Shown here: in pieces, positions 55,499 to 64,000 of the stretch
Layout: every line of letters begins with the position of its first letter
How positions within the stretch are numbered: the stretch's first letter is position 1
Assembly: GCA_963732005.1 (NCBI GenBank)
Contig: CAVSXT010000003.1
Coordinates: 330,130 to 394,129 of the forward strand
DNA from: an uncultured Acidobacteriota bacterium
Lineage (GTDB): Bacteria; Acidobacteriota; Thermoanaerobaculia; Multivoradales; UBA5704
Length of the DNA stretch: 64,000 nucleotides
Direction of reading: 5' to 3'
Position numbers and translations under genes: made by a program
Notes under the pieces: generated by a model
Database searches by the model: none
Seen by the model: only the letters and a program-made list of their open reading frames with translations
What the model was told of the DNA's origin: nothing

Positions 55499-57175
55499 AT
55501 GCCCAGCGACGACCGCGCCCTGCCGGCGCCGCCCCAGGCGCCGCGGGCGGAGGGTGCGAGCCTCTGGCTGCTGGCCGCGGCGATGCTGCTCGCCGTGGCC
55601 GGGTGGAAGCTCTTCTGGTTCCTGACCGACGACGCCTACATCACCTTCCGCTATGTCGCGAACCTGCTCGCCGGCTACGGGCTGGTCTGGAACCCGCCGC
55701 CGTTCCTGCCGGTGGAGGGATACACCAGCTTTCTCTGGGCGCTGCTGCTCGCCGCCGTCTGGCGCCTGACCGGGCTCGAGCCGCCGCGGACGGCGTGCTT
55801 CCTGACGCTGCTCTGCGGGCTCGGCACCCTCGTCATCGTCTGGCGGGGGCTGGGACGGCTGCGCCTCTCGCCGCGGCTGGAACGCGCACGGACGCTGCTC
55901 TCGGCTCTGGCTCTCCTCGGCATCTGCACCAACCGCACCTTCCTCACCTGGTTGAGCTCCGGGCTCGAGACGCAGCTGTTCAATCTCTGCTTCACCTGGT
56001 GGGCGCTCGAAGCCCTGGGGCTGCTCGGCGGCGAGGAGAGCCCGGCCTGGCTGGTGCGCCTGTCCAGCGCCTCGGCGCTGGCAGCGCTGGCGCGGCCGGA
56101 CGGGCTGCTGACGGTGCCGGTCACCGCCGTGCTGGCGCTGGCGAGCGCGCGCCAGGCCGGCAGGTCGTGGCGGCCGACACGCCTGCTCGCCGCCAGCCCG
56201 CTGCTCGCCGTCGCCGCGCATCTGCTCTGGCGCCGCTGGACCTACGGCGAGTGGGCGCCGAACACCTACTACGCCAAGGTGCCGGCGCCATGGCCGGCGA
56301 TGGGTTGGCGATACCTCGCCTCGTTCGTGGTCGAGAACGGCGCCTGGGTCTGGCTGCTGCTGGCGGTTCTGGCCGCGGCAGTGGCCTGGCGCCGGCAGCG
56401 CTCGTGGGCCGCCGGTCGGCTGGCCCGCTGGCTGGTTCCGGCGGTGGTGCTGGCGCATGTCTCCTACTACACGCTGATGGTCGGCGGCGATCACTTCGAG
56501 TACCGCGTTTTCAGCTACCTGATCCCGCTGCTTTTCGTCTCGGCGGTGGCGCTGGTCGACGCCGCGGGCCTCGGCGCCGCCGCCGGCGCGGCCCTGCTCG
56601 GCATCTTCCTGCTCGCCTCGTATCCGCTGCCCTGGCTGCATTGGTGGCGGACGAGAGAGCTCGCGACCCGCGACCAGACCCGGCTGCTGCGCTGGCCGCT
56701 GGCGCCCGACTTCCCGCCGCCGCTGCGGCCCGTCGTGGCGGTCTGGGACGGCTGGCAGGCCGCGCTGATCGCGCACGCGGTGGGTGCGCGCCACCAGGAG
56801 CACAAGGTGTTTCACGACTGGGTGACCGCGCAGCTGCCGGCGCGGCCGGAGGGCGCCCGGATCCCGTGGAGCGGCCGGCCGGTGCTGGTGGCGCCGGGCG
56901 TCGGCGTCGTGGGCTGGGTCCTGCCGCACGTGGCGATCATCGACAGTCTGGGCCTCAACGATCGCGTCATCGCGCACACCCCGCTGCCGCCCGGCCGCCG
57001 CCACCGCTGGATGATGGCGCATGAGCGCCACGCCCCCCCGGGCTATCTGGACTGCTTCCTGCCCAACGTCGTCCTGCTGGGCGGCGGCCAGGTGCGGGTG
57101 GACCCGCGCCCGGTGCCGCTCACCGACGACCGCATTCGCGCCTGCGAGCGCCGGGACTGGACGCCTCCCCGCTGA
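55499..57175 (+). CDS. Polytopic GT-C-like membrane protein; paralog of 22774..24492 (motif DDAYITFRYVANLLAGYGLVWNP).
   Basis: The loop-1 motif, TM topology and a WxxxEW-containing C-terminal domain are all shared with the first paralog. Confidence 0.45.
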   Translation: MPSDDRALPAPPQAPRAEGASLWLLAAAMLLAVAGWKLFWFLTDDAYITFRYVANLLAGYGLVWNPPPFLPVEGYTSFLWALLLAAVWRLTGLEPPRTACFLTLLCGLGTLVIVWRGLGRLRLSPRLERARTLLSALALLGICTNRTFLTWLSSGLETQLFNLCFTWWALEALGLLGGEESPAWLVRLSSASALAALARPDGLLTVPVTAVLALASARQAGRSWRPTRLLAASPLLAVAAHLLWRRWTYGEWAPNTYYAKVPAPWPAMGWRYLASFVVENGAWVWLLLAVLAAAVAWRRQRSWAAGRLARWLVPAVVLAHVSYYTLMVGGDHFEYRVFSYLIPLLFVSAVALVDAAGLGAAAGAALLGIFLLASYPLPWLHWWRTRELATRDQTRLLRWPLAPDFPPPLRPVVAVWDGWQAALIAHAVGARHQEHKVFHDWVTAQLPARPEGARIPWSGRPVLVAPGVGVVGWVLPHVAIIDSLGLNDRVIAHTPLPPGRRHRWMMAHERHAPPGYLDCFLPNVVLLGGGQVRVDPRPVPLTDDRIRACERRDWTPPR

Positions 57176-57276
57176 TCTCGGCAGCCGGTGTGCGGCAGCT
57201 GGAGTGAAATTGTCTCGAGGGACGCTCCGGCGCCGGTTGATACCATCGGTGCCGGCGGCTTGACCTGCCCCCGGAG

Positions 57277-59145
57277 GTGACCTGGACGATGGAGATCGAC
57301 GAAGACCCTTCCCACCCCATCCGGCCTGACGGCCGGGGACCCACCACCGCGACCACCGCGCAACCTCTTCTTCCCCGTGACGAGCTGGCGGATTTCAGCA
57401 CCGACCGCCGGGTCCTGGTGCTCTCCGGGATGGCGGTGGCGATCGGCGTGGCAGCCGCGCTGGTCGCCTACGCGCTGGTCTGGCTGATCGCGGTCATCAC
57501 CAACCTCGCCTACTACCAGACCTTCTCGTCGCACTTCGTGTCGCCGGCGGGAAACCGGCTGGGTCTCTGGGCGGTGCTGATCCCGGTCGCCGGCGGGCTG
57601 GTCATCGGCCTCATGGCGCGCTACGGCTCCGAGAAGATCCGCGGCCATGGCATCCCGGAGGCGTTGGAGGCGATCCTCATCGGCCGCAGCCGTGTCGAGG
57701 CGCAGGTGGCGGTGCTCAAGCCGATCTCGTCGGCCATCTCCATCGGCACCGGCGGCCCGTTCGGCGCCGAGGGCCCGATCATCATGACGGGCGGAGCCGT
57801 CGGCTCGCTGATCGCCCAGCTCTTCCACCTCTCCTCGGCGGAGCGCAAGACCCTGCTGGTCGCCGGCGCCGCGGCCGGCATGGCCGCCATCTTCGCCACG
57901 CCGCTGGCGGCGGTGCTGCTGGCGGTCGAGCTGCTGCTCTTCGAGTGGAAGCCGCGCAGCTTCATCCCGGTGGCCGTCGCCTCGGTCGTCGCCGCGGTCC
58001 TGCGGGTGCCGCTGCTCGGCGCCGGGCCGATCTTCCCGGTGCCGGGCCATGGCCCGCTGGGGGTCGGGGTGCTGGCGATCGCGGTGGCCGTCGGCCTGGC
58101 GGCCGGCCTGGCGTCGGGGTTGTTGACCACCCTGGTCTACGCCTTCGAGGACCTGTTCACCAAGCTGCCGGTGCACTGGATGTGGTGGCCGATCCTCGGC
58201 GGCCTGGCGGTGGGCCTCGGCGGCCTGCTCGACCCGCGAGTGCTGGGGGTGGGCTACGACACCATCCAGGACCTCCTCGCCGGCCATCTCGCCGGCTTCT
58301 CGGCGGTGTCGCTGCTGATCCTCAAGGCGGTGGTCTGGTCGGTCGCCCTGGGCTCGGGGACCTCGGGAGGCGTGCTCGCACCGCTGCTCATCATGGGCGG
58401 CGCGCTGGGGGCGCTGGAATCCTCGCTCATCCCGGTCGGCGACGCCGGGCTCTGGGCCACGGTCAGCATGGCGGCGATGATGGGCGGGACCATGCGGTCG
58501 CCGTTGACCGCGATCCTCTTCACCGTCGAGCTCACCCACGACTGGAACCTGCTGCCGGCGCTGCTGGTCGGCGCGGTGGTCGCGCACGGCGCGACGGTGC
58601 TGCTGCTGCGGCGCTCGATCCTCACCGAGAAGGTCGCCAGGCACGGCCATCACCTGGTGCGTGAGTACAGCGTCGATCCGTTCGAAGTGCACCGCGTCGG
58701 CGAGGTCATGGACCGCGGCGTGGTCACCATCCCCGCGACGATGACGGTGGCCGATCTGTCCGCCCGGATCGCCGCCGGCGACCCGGCCCTGACCGGCCGC
58801 CAGGGCATCCCCATCGTCGACGAGGCCGGGGAGCTGATGGGGATCATCACCCGCAGCGACCTGATGCGAGCCATGGAGGCCGAGGGCGGGCGAGACGCGA
58901 CCGTGCTGGCGGCCGGCACCCGGGACCTCGTCGTCGGCTACCCCGACGAGCTGATCCGCGACGCCGTGTCCCGTATGCTGGGGCACGACATCGGCCGGTT
59001 GCCGATCGTCGATCGCCACGACCGTCGCCGCCTGCTCGGTTATCTCGGCCGGGCCGGCGTCATGCGGGCGCGGGTGCGGATCTACGAGGAAGAAAACCTC
59101 CGCGAGCGGGGCACGGCGAAGGACCACCCGGAGCCACAGCAATGA
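57277..59145 (+). CDS. ClC-family chloride channel / H+-Cl- antiporter with two C-terminal CBS domains.
   Basis: GSEKIRGHGIPE, GTGGPFGAEGP and GGAVGS selectivity-filter-like motifs. A CBS pair is present (VMDRGVVTIPATMTV...; LPIVDRHDRRRLLGYL). Confidence 0.8.
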   Translation: MTWTMEIDEDPSHPIRPDGRGPTTATTAQPLLPRDELADFSTDRRVLVLSGMAVAIGVAAALVAYALVWLIAVITNLAYYQTFSSHFVSPAGNRLGLWAVLIPVAGGLVIGLMARYGSEKIRGHGIPEALEAILIGRSRVEAQVAVLKPISSAISIGTGGPFGAEGPIIMTGGAVGSLIAQLFHLSSAERKTLLVAGAAAGMAAIFATPLAAVLLAVELLLFEWKPRSFIPVAVASVVAAVLRVPLLGAGPIFPVPGHGPLGVGVLAIAVAVGLAAGLASGLLTTLVYAFEDLFTKLPVHWMWWPILGGLAVGLGGLLDPRVLGVGYDTIQDLLAGHLAGFSAVSLLILKAVVWSVALGSGTSGGVLAPLLIMGGALGALESSLIPVGDAGLWATVSMAAMMGGTMRSPLTAILFTVELTHDWNLLPALLVGAVVAHGATVLLLRRSILTEKVARHGHHLVREYSVDPFEVHRVGEVMDRGVVTIPATMTVADLSARIAAGDPALTGRQGIPIVDEAGELMGIITRSDLMRAMEAEGGRDATVLAAGTRDLVVGYPDELIRDAVSRMLGHDIGRLPIVDRHDRRRLLGYLGRAGVMRARVRIYEEENLRERGTAKDHPEPQQ

Positions 59146-59202
59146 TCGAGGGCAATTGCGAGACCGGCCGGGAGACGGAACCCGGCCGGTCCTTGAGAGG
59201 CG

Positions 59203-60444
59203 CTACAGGGAGTTGAGGAAGGTGACGAGCTGGTTCTGCTGCGTCAAGGTCAGGAAGATGTAGTTGTCGATCACCGGTTCGGCCTGATTGGTGTGGCGCA
59301 GGATGGCGTCGTTGCGGGTGATCTCCTCGCCGTCGTGCATCAGGCGGTTGCGGGTGCGGATCCCCCACAGCGGTGCGGTGCGCATCAGGTTGGCCGTCGA
59401 CTGCGGTCCGTTCTGGACGATGCCGTCGCCGGTCCCGACGTCGTGCAGCATGAAGTCGCTGTAGGGGTGGAAGGTGACGCTGCCCAACGCCGCCGGGACG
59501 ATGAACTGGCCGCCGTTGAACGAGGTGCCCGCGGGCGCGGTGGTCATCGAGGTGATGTGACAGATGTTGCAGCCGATAGAGTTGAAGATCTGCCCGCCGG
59601 CGATCGCGTCCGAGGTCGCCGCCAGCACCGTGTCGCGCGGCGGCACCTTGAGCGAGCGCATGAAGCGGGTGAAGGCGCCGATGTCGTTGCCGAAGGGATT
59701 CCCCGGCGTGGCCGGGTCCTGGATGGCGGGGACGCCGTTCTGGGTGTTGAGATAGGTGACGCTGACCCCGTTGGAGGTGTTCTCGGTGGGGTTGAGCGGG
59801 TTGGTGATCCCCATCTCGTTCAGGTAGGCGTCCGAGGAGAAGGACAGCAGGCTGGCGTGCTGATCCTTCCAGCCGAAGCGGCCGATGCGGGTGACGCCGG
59901 ACGCCTCGAGGACCGGCACCAGGATGGTCGTGCCCTTCATGCCGTAGGGCGCCTGCTGATTTTGAATCGTGGTGAAGGCGCTGTCGGGGAGCGCCTCGAC
60001 GAAGCCGTCGCCGGCGGTGTTGAGGCTGGTGCGGAAGGTCGCCGTGGTGTCGGTGCCCAGGGCCCGCACCTGGATCGACGGATCGATGGCGCGCGAGAAG
60101 ATCAACGAGCCGCCGATGTGAGGGGTGAAGGTGTGGCCGCTGGTGGAACCGGCCCGCAGCTCGGTGACCTGGCTGATGGCGCCGCTCACCGGGTTCTGAT
60201 GGCACTCGCGGCAGGACTGCGCGTTGTAATTGGGACCGAGGCCGTCCGAGACCTGCTCGATCTCGTCGAAGACGGCGCGGTCCGCGTCCATGTTGGCCTG
60301 CGCCTCGAAGCCGTTGGTCTGGTTGTCGAACCCGGCTGGCGCCTCGGTGGCGGCGATGGCGTACAGCACCGGGACCGCCAGCACCCCCGCCAGCGCCAGG
60401 CCGCGCGCCATCAGGCGTTTCCTGCTCGACCGCTTCCTCTCCAT
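59203..60444 (-). CDS. Secreted di-heme c-type cytochrome oxidoreductase (DUF1111 / peroxidase-like).
   Basis: Two CxxCH motifs (CRECH, CNICH), with a signal peptide. Confidence 0.6.
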   Translation of the reverse strand: MERKRSSRKRLMARGLALAGVLAVPVLYAIAATEAPAGFDNQTNGFEAQANMDADRAVFDEIEQVSDGLGPNYNAQSCRECHQNPVSGAISQVTELRAGSTSGHTFTPHIGGSLIFSRAIDPSIQVRALGTDTTATFRTSLNTAGDGFVEALPDSAFTTIQNQQAPYGMKGTTILVPVLEASGVTRIGRFGWKDQHASLLSFSSDAYLNEMGITNPLNPTENTSNGVSVTYLNTQNGVPAIQDPATPGNPFGNDIGAFTRFMRSLKVPPRDTVLAATSDAIAGGQIFNSIGCNICHITSMTTAPAGTSFNGGQFIVPAALGSVTFHPYSDFMLHDVGTGDGIVQNGPQSTANLMRTAPLWGIRTRNRLMHDGEEITRNDAILRHTNQAEPVIDNYIFLTLTQQNQLVTFLNSL

Positions 60445-60761
60445 GGTTGCCCCTTTCCTTTGTGTAGACTCACCCGGCAACGCACAGCCGTGGCCCTGGC
60501 CGGCGCAAGCGGCTCCCGGCCCATGGCACGGCGGCGGCAAAACCCTCCCCTGCCTGCCGCCAGCCGCGCGACCGGTGCTTGCGACGAAAGGGGCCTCGTG
60601 CAGCCAGCCCGGGCCCTACGCCCGGCGTGGCTCGCTGTAACGCCCGATGAGACAGGTCACCCTTACAAGCCAAGGTGCCGGCAGCGGGTAAAAGCGCGCC
60701 GCCGGCAGGCGCCTTTACCGGCCGACAAGCGTCGATTTACGCCTGTCCAGCTGTAGCGCTA

Positions 60762-62105
60762 CTAGTTACGGCTGCGAAGGTCGTCGGGGCGGGCGCCCGA
60801 GGCGTGGTCCCGCGCCAGCTGGGCGCCCTCGCTGGCGAGGTCGAACTTGACGATGTCGGGCCGGAAGCAGAGGGCGAGCGTCCAATCCGCGACGATCCGC
60901 ACGCGCCGGCTGAAGCGCGGCATCTGCAGCAGGTAGTAGGTGCGCCGCACCCACCAGGCGAGGAAGCCGTGCAGCGGCACGCCGAGCACCGAGCCCAGGC
61001 CGCGCGCCGCCCCGAGCGAGGCCATGATCCCGAGCGTTTGGTAAACGAACGGGCGCGGTGGCTTGCCGTCGAGCACCGCGGCGATGTTGCCGGCCAGCCG
61101 GCGGGCCTCGCGAATGGCGTGCTGCGCGAGATAGGGGTAGGGCTGGCCTGCCGGGTCGGGGATCCGCGCGCAGTCGCCCAGCGCCCACACCTCGGGGCGG
61201 TCGCGGCAGCGCATCGTCGCGTCCACCAGCAGGTGTCCCTGGCGGTCCCGGGCCAGCGGCAGGCCGGCGGTCAACGGGTTCGGCACGATGCCGGGGGCGA
61301 GCACGATGGTCTCGGCGGCGATGGTCTCGCCGTCGAGGTGCACCATGCCGGGCGCGATGGCGCGCACCGGCGCGCCGGTGCGGATGACCGCGCCCTGCCG
61401 CGCGCCGACCACCCTGGCGGCGTAGCGGCTGAAAGCCTCGCCGACCTCCGGCAGGATGCGGGCGGTGGCCTGCAGGAGATGGAAGCGCAGCTCGCCGCGC
61501 TGCACCCGCGGGTAATAGCGGACGATCTCGTCGGCGAAGGCGGTCATCTCGCCGAACAGCTCCACCCCGACCAGGCCGCCGCCCACCACGGCGAAGCTGA
61601 GCAGGCGGCGCTTGCGCTCGGGGTCGAGCTCGACGTCGGCGCGTTCGAAGCGCTCGATCATGTGGTCGCGCAGCAGCATGGCGTCGGCCAGGGTCTTGAA
61701 GGTGAAGGCGGCGGCGGAGCCCGGGATGAGGTCCAGGTTGGTGCGCGCGCCGAGGGCCAGGACCAGCTGATCGTAAGGCAGCTCGTAGGCGGCCCCCTCG
61801 GCCGGCGCCGCGAGGACGACGCGGCGCTCCAGATCGATGGCCCGCACCGTCGCCTCGACGAAGCGCGCCCGCCGCAGGAAGTCGCGCACCGGCAGCGAGC
61901 AGTGCCGCAGCTCGAGCGTGCCCGAGAAGGCCTCGAACAGCAGCGGCGTCATCAGGAAGAAGTTGTCGCGGCCGACCAGCACGATCTCGACGCCGGGCCG
62001 GCGGGCGCAACACCGCTCCAGGCGGCGCGCCGTCCAGACCCCGGCGAAGCCGCCGCCGAGCACCACGATGCGGGTGCGGGGTCCCGCGCCGGCGGCGGTG
62101 GTCAT
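60762..62105 (-). CDS. ndh: Type II NADH:quinone oxidoreductase (NDH-2) / pyridine nucleotide-disulfide oxidoreductase.
   Basis: RIVVLGGGFAGV...IVLVGRDNFFLMTPLL and a second Rossmann VVGGGLVGVE. The ATG overlaps the upstream stop (ATGA). Confidence 0.8.
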   Translation of the reverse strand: MTTAAGAGPRTRIVVLGGGFAGVWTARRLERCCARRPGVEIVLVGRDNFFLMTPLLFEAFSGTLELRHCSLPVRDFLRRARFVEATVRAIDLERRVVLAAPAEGAAYELPYDQLVLALGARTNLDLIPGSAAAFTFKTLADAMLLRDHMIERFERADVELDPERKRRLLSFAVVGGGLVGVELFGEMTAFADEIVRYYPRVQRGELRFHLLQATARILPEVGEAFSRYAARVVGARQGAVIRTGAPVRAIAPGMVHLDGETIAAETIVLAPGIVPNPLTAGLPLARDRQGHLLVDATMRCRDRPEVWALGDCARIPDPAGQPYPYLAQHAIREARRLAGNIAAVLDGKPPRPFVYQTLGIMASLGAARGLGSVLGVPLHGFLAWWVRRTYYLLQMPRFSRRVRIVADWTLALCFRPDIVKFDLASEGAQLARDHASGARPDDLRSRN

Positions 62106-63979
62106 GGGCCGGAAGGCGCCCCACCCGCCGCTGTCGCCGGCGGGGCCGGTGCGGCCGGCGTCGCCTTGGCCGCCGGCGGCAGCACCTCGAAGATCACGGT
62201 CGTCCGATCGGCGTAGCGCAGGGCGAAGCGATCGGGGCGCGCCTCTGCCCAGCGGCCCTCGAGCGGGTAGTCGAACTCGGGGTAGCGGCACAGCAGCAGC
62301 CAGCGGACGCCGCCGGCGGCGAGGTTGTCGAGCCAGGCCTGCGGCGAGGGGTCGACTCGCGGATTGCAGTTGGGATAGCTGGCGGCGACGTGGAAGTCGG
62401 CGCGATTGACGTTGACGTAGATCACCCGGCGCTCCAGGAACGGGCCCATGGCCGGATAGACGAAATAGGTGCCGGGCGAGCCGACCACGTCGACGGTGCC
62501 GTCGCCGCCGTGCACGTCGAGCCAGCCCCAGGCGCCGGCGAACAGGTGCGCCGAGGTGGCGTGGGCAGTCCATTCGCCAGCCAGGGCGCGCGGCCGGTCG
62601 CGGGCGCGGAAGCGAGCCAGCAGCGGTGCGCCCAGCAGCGCGAGCGCCAGCGCGGCGACGGCGAGAGCGCCGGCGCGGCGCCGCGTTGCGGCCCGCAGGC
62701 CGGGCCAGATCCCGAGCGCGACGGCGCCCAGGTCGGCGGCGGCGACGGCGACGCGGACGCCGTGCGGCATCTCGGCGTGCAGCTGCAGCAGGCCCTGGCA
62801 GGCGAGGGCGAGGGCGATGCCGCGCAGCCAGGGCTCGCTCATCCCGCGCTGCTCGGCGACCGCGACGCCGCCTGCGAAGGCCAGGCCGATGGCCGGGATC
62901 AGGTAGCGGATATTGGCGAAGAGGTGGAGGTTGGCGGCGAACGGCACCACCAGCCAGAAGGCCAGCTCGAAGACGATCTGGCTCGCCGCCAGCAGCGCCG
63001 CGCGGCGGTGGGCGGCGGCGACGCCGAAGGGCAGGGCGATGAAGGCGAGCAGCAGCACCAACGTTTGGGGGCCGGCTCCGAGCTCGACCGATTGCGGCCG
63101 GGTGATGCCGAGGAAAGCGTCCAGCAGCTGATGGCGCCCGATGGTGGACCATTTGTCCGCGATCGAGTCGCGACGCGGCAGGACGGGCAGCAGCCGCCGG
63201 GGCGCGGCGGCCGGCGCGGGACCTGCCCCCGCTCCCGGCCCCGGCGCTGCCGTCGCCGGCCCGGCCTGGCCCGCGGTCGGTGGCGACGCCGGTCCGGCCT
63301 GGCCCGCGGTCGGCGGCGGTGCCGGTCCGGCGGCGGCGCCTTCGCGTCCCTCGCAGGCAAGAGCGAGCGGCCCGGCGCCGAGCGCCACGTTGCGCACGTA
63401 GAAGAAGGCGCCGAAGGCCGCGGCCGCCAGCAGCGCCGCGGCCAGCTGCGGCGCCCGCTTGCGCAGCTGGCGGCCGCCGGCGTCGGCACCGCCCGCCGCC
63501 AGCAGCAGCGCCGCGGCGGCCAGCGCCGCCGCATAGGCCACTCCCAGGAGCTTGGCGCCGCAGGCCAGGCCGCCGCCGGCGCCCGCCAGGACGGCGTCGG
63601 CGAAGCGCGGCCGCTCCATCCAGCGCAGGGTGAAGAAGCCGCCGGCCAGCAGCGTCGCGGCCAGGAAGATGTCGACGTACTGGGTGGCGGCGAAGCGCAC
63701 CACCACCGGCGTCAGCAGCACCAGGAACGACGCCAGCGGCCAGTGCCGGCGCGCCCCCAGCTGGCGGGCAATGCCGCCCACCGCCAGACCCAGCAAGGCC
63801 CAGTGCGCAAGCGAGGCGAGATTGACGTAGAGCTCGCTGTGCGACGGCGCCATCCACCACCAGAGCCAGATCGAGCCATTGGCCGGCACGTAGCCGTAAT
63901 CGTTGACCGGGTAGGGGCCGAAGACCGGCGCCAGGTCCTGCCGTTGCAGCCAGGTGCCGGTCAGCAGCAGGTGGTACAT
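62102..63979 (-). CDS. Large polytopic membrane protein (possible GT-C/ArnT-like) with an internal Pro/Ala/Gly-rich repeat. The N-terminus may extend past the window end.
   Basis: Many TM helices. Low-complexity insert PPTAGQAGPASPPTAGQAGPA. The ORF is open toward 64000. Confidence 0.45.
   Translation of the reverse strand: MYHLLLTGTWLQRQDLAPVFGPYPVNDYGYVPANGSIWLWWWMAPSHSELYVNLASLAHWALLGLAVGGIARQLGARRHWPLASFLVLLTPVVVRFAATQYVDIFLAATLLAGGFFTLRWMERPRFADAVLAGAGGGLACGAKLLGVAYAAALAAAALLLAAGGADAGGRQLRKRAPQLAAALLAAAAFGAFFYVRNVALGAGPLALACEGREGAAAGPAPPPTAGQAGPASPPTAGQAGPATAAPGPGAGAGPAPAAAPRRLLPVLPRRDSIADKWSTIGRHQLLDAFLGITRPQSVELGAGPQTLVLLLAFIALPFGVAAAHRRAALLAASQIVFELAFWLVVPFAANLHLFANIRYLIPAIGLAFAGGVAVAEQRGMSEPWLRGIALALACQGLLQLHAEMPHGVRVAVAAADLGAVALGIWPGLRAATRRRAGALAVAALALALLGAPLLARFRARDRPRALAGEWTAHATSAHLFAGAWGWLDVHGGDGTVDVVGSPGTYFVYPAMGPFLERRVIYVNVNRADFHVAASYPNCNPRVDPSPQAWLDNLAAGGVRWLLLCRYPEFDYPLEGRWAEARPDRFALRYADRTTVIFEVLPPAAKATPAAPAPPATAAGGAPSGP
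63258..63325. repeat. 33-bp tandem duplication (two copies) inside the 62102..63979 gene, encoding P(A/S)PPTAGQAGPA.
   Basis: Two consecutive near-identical units of GGCCTGGCCCGCGGTCGG(T/C)GGCG. Confidence 0.6.
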
Positions 63980-64000
63980 CAGGCTGTCCCAGGACAGCGG

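Noticed and set aside
1-64000. CRISPR arrays, rRNA and full tRNA genes.
   Set aside because: No regularly spaced short repeats, no 16S/23S-like conserved stretches, and no cloverleaf-compatible tRNA sequence were seen on either strand.

Overview
This window is high-GC (about 70% by eye), consistent with Myxococcota or Acidobacteria-type chromosomal DNA, and has three parts.

(a) 1-5.5 kb: the 3' portion of a very large NHL-repeat/YD-repeat RHS (teneurin-like) polymorphic toxin. Its C-terminal toxin domain and an overlapping downstream putative immunity gene sit in a visibly lower-GC cassette.

(b) 5.5-33.9 kb: a long minus-strand type IV pilus minor-pilin/adhesin operon. Gene order is GspG-like pseudopilin, YfhO-family GT-C membrane protein, prepilin peptidase PilD, sensor histidine kinase, PilV, PilW, PilX, vWA-PilY1 (1571 aa) and a secreted protein. 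It is followed by two tandem M20 peptidases and a plus-strand envelope-glycoconjugate locus: a GT-C-like membrane protein, SGNH hydrolase, membrane spermidine-synthase-like protein, DegT sugar aminotransferase, DUF362 protein, flippase-like protein, ArnT-like GT with TPR, and a SAM methyltransferase.

(c) 33.9-45.5 kb: an accessory island with several patches that read as lower GC by eye. It carries a candidate RiPP/double-glycine peptide gene, two paralogous small secreted Cys-rich protein genes, and an IS21-family element (istA/istB) inserted with a 6-bp target-site duplication into a secreted-protein gene that can be reconstructed in frame. It also carries a roughly 200-bp direct repeat holding a 59-aa two-helix membrane-protein gene, an IS1595-family transposase, an RHH regulator facing a palindromic operator, and a SymE-like toxin.

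The remainder (45.5-64 kb) carries a Zn-ADH, an FAD oxidoreductase preceded by an AT-rich repeat-rich leader, a MntA/HepT toxin-antitoxin pair, an alpha/beta hydrolase, a RibD_C reductase, a cupin and a PQQ-propeller protein. It ends with a second GT-C-like membrane paralog, a ClC channel with CBS domains, a di-heme c-type protein, NDH-2 and another large membrane protein containing a 33-bp tandem repeat.

No rRNA, full-length tRNA or CRISPR array was seen; only a tRNA 3'-end-like fragment was found, at the island edge. Coordinates derived by hand-indexing may be off by 1-2 nt. At least one place (about 43980) shows a one-base disagreement between the printed sequence and the ORF-track frame.
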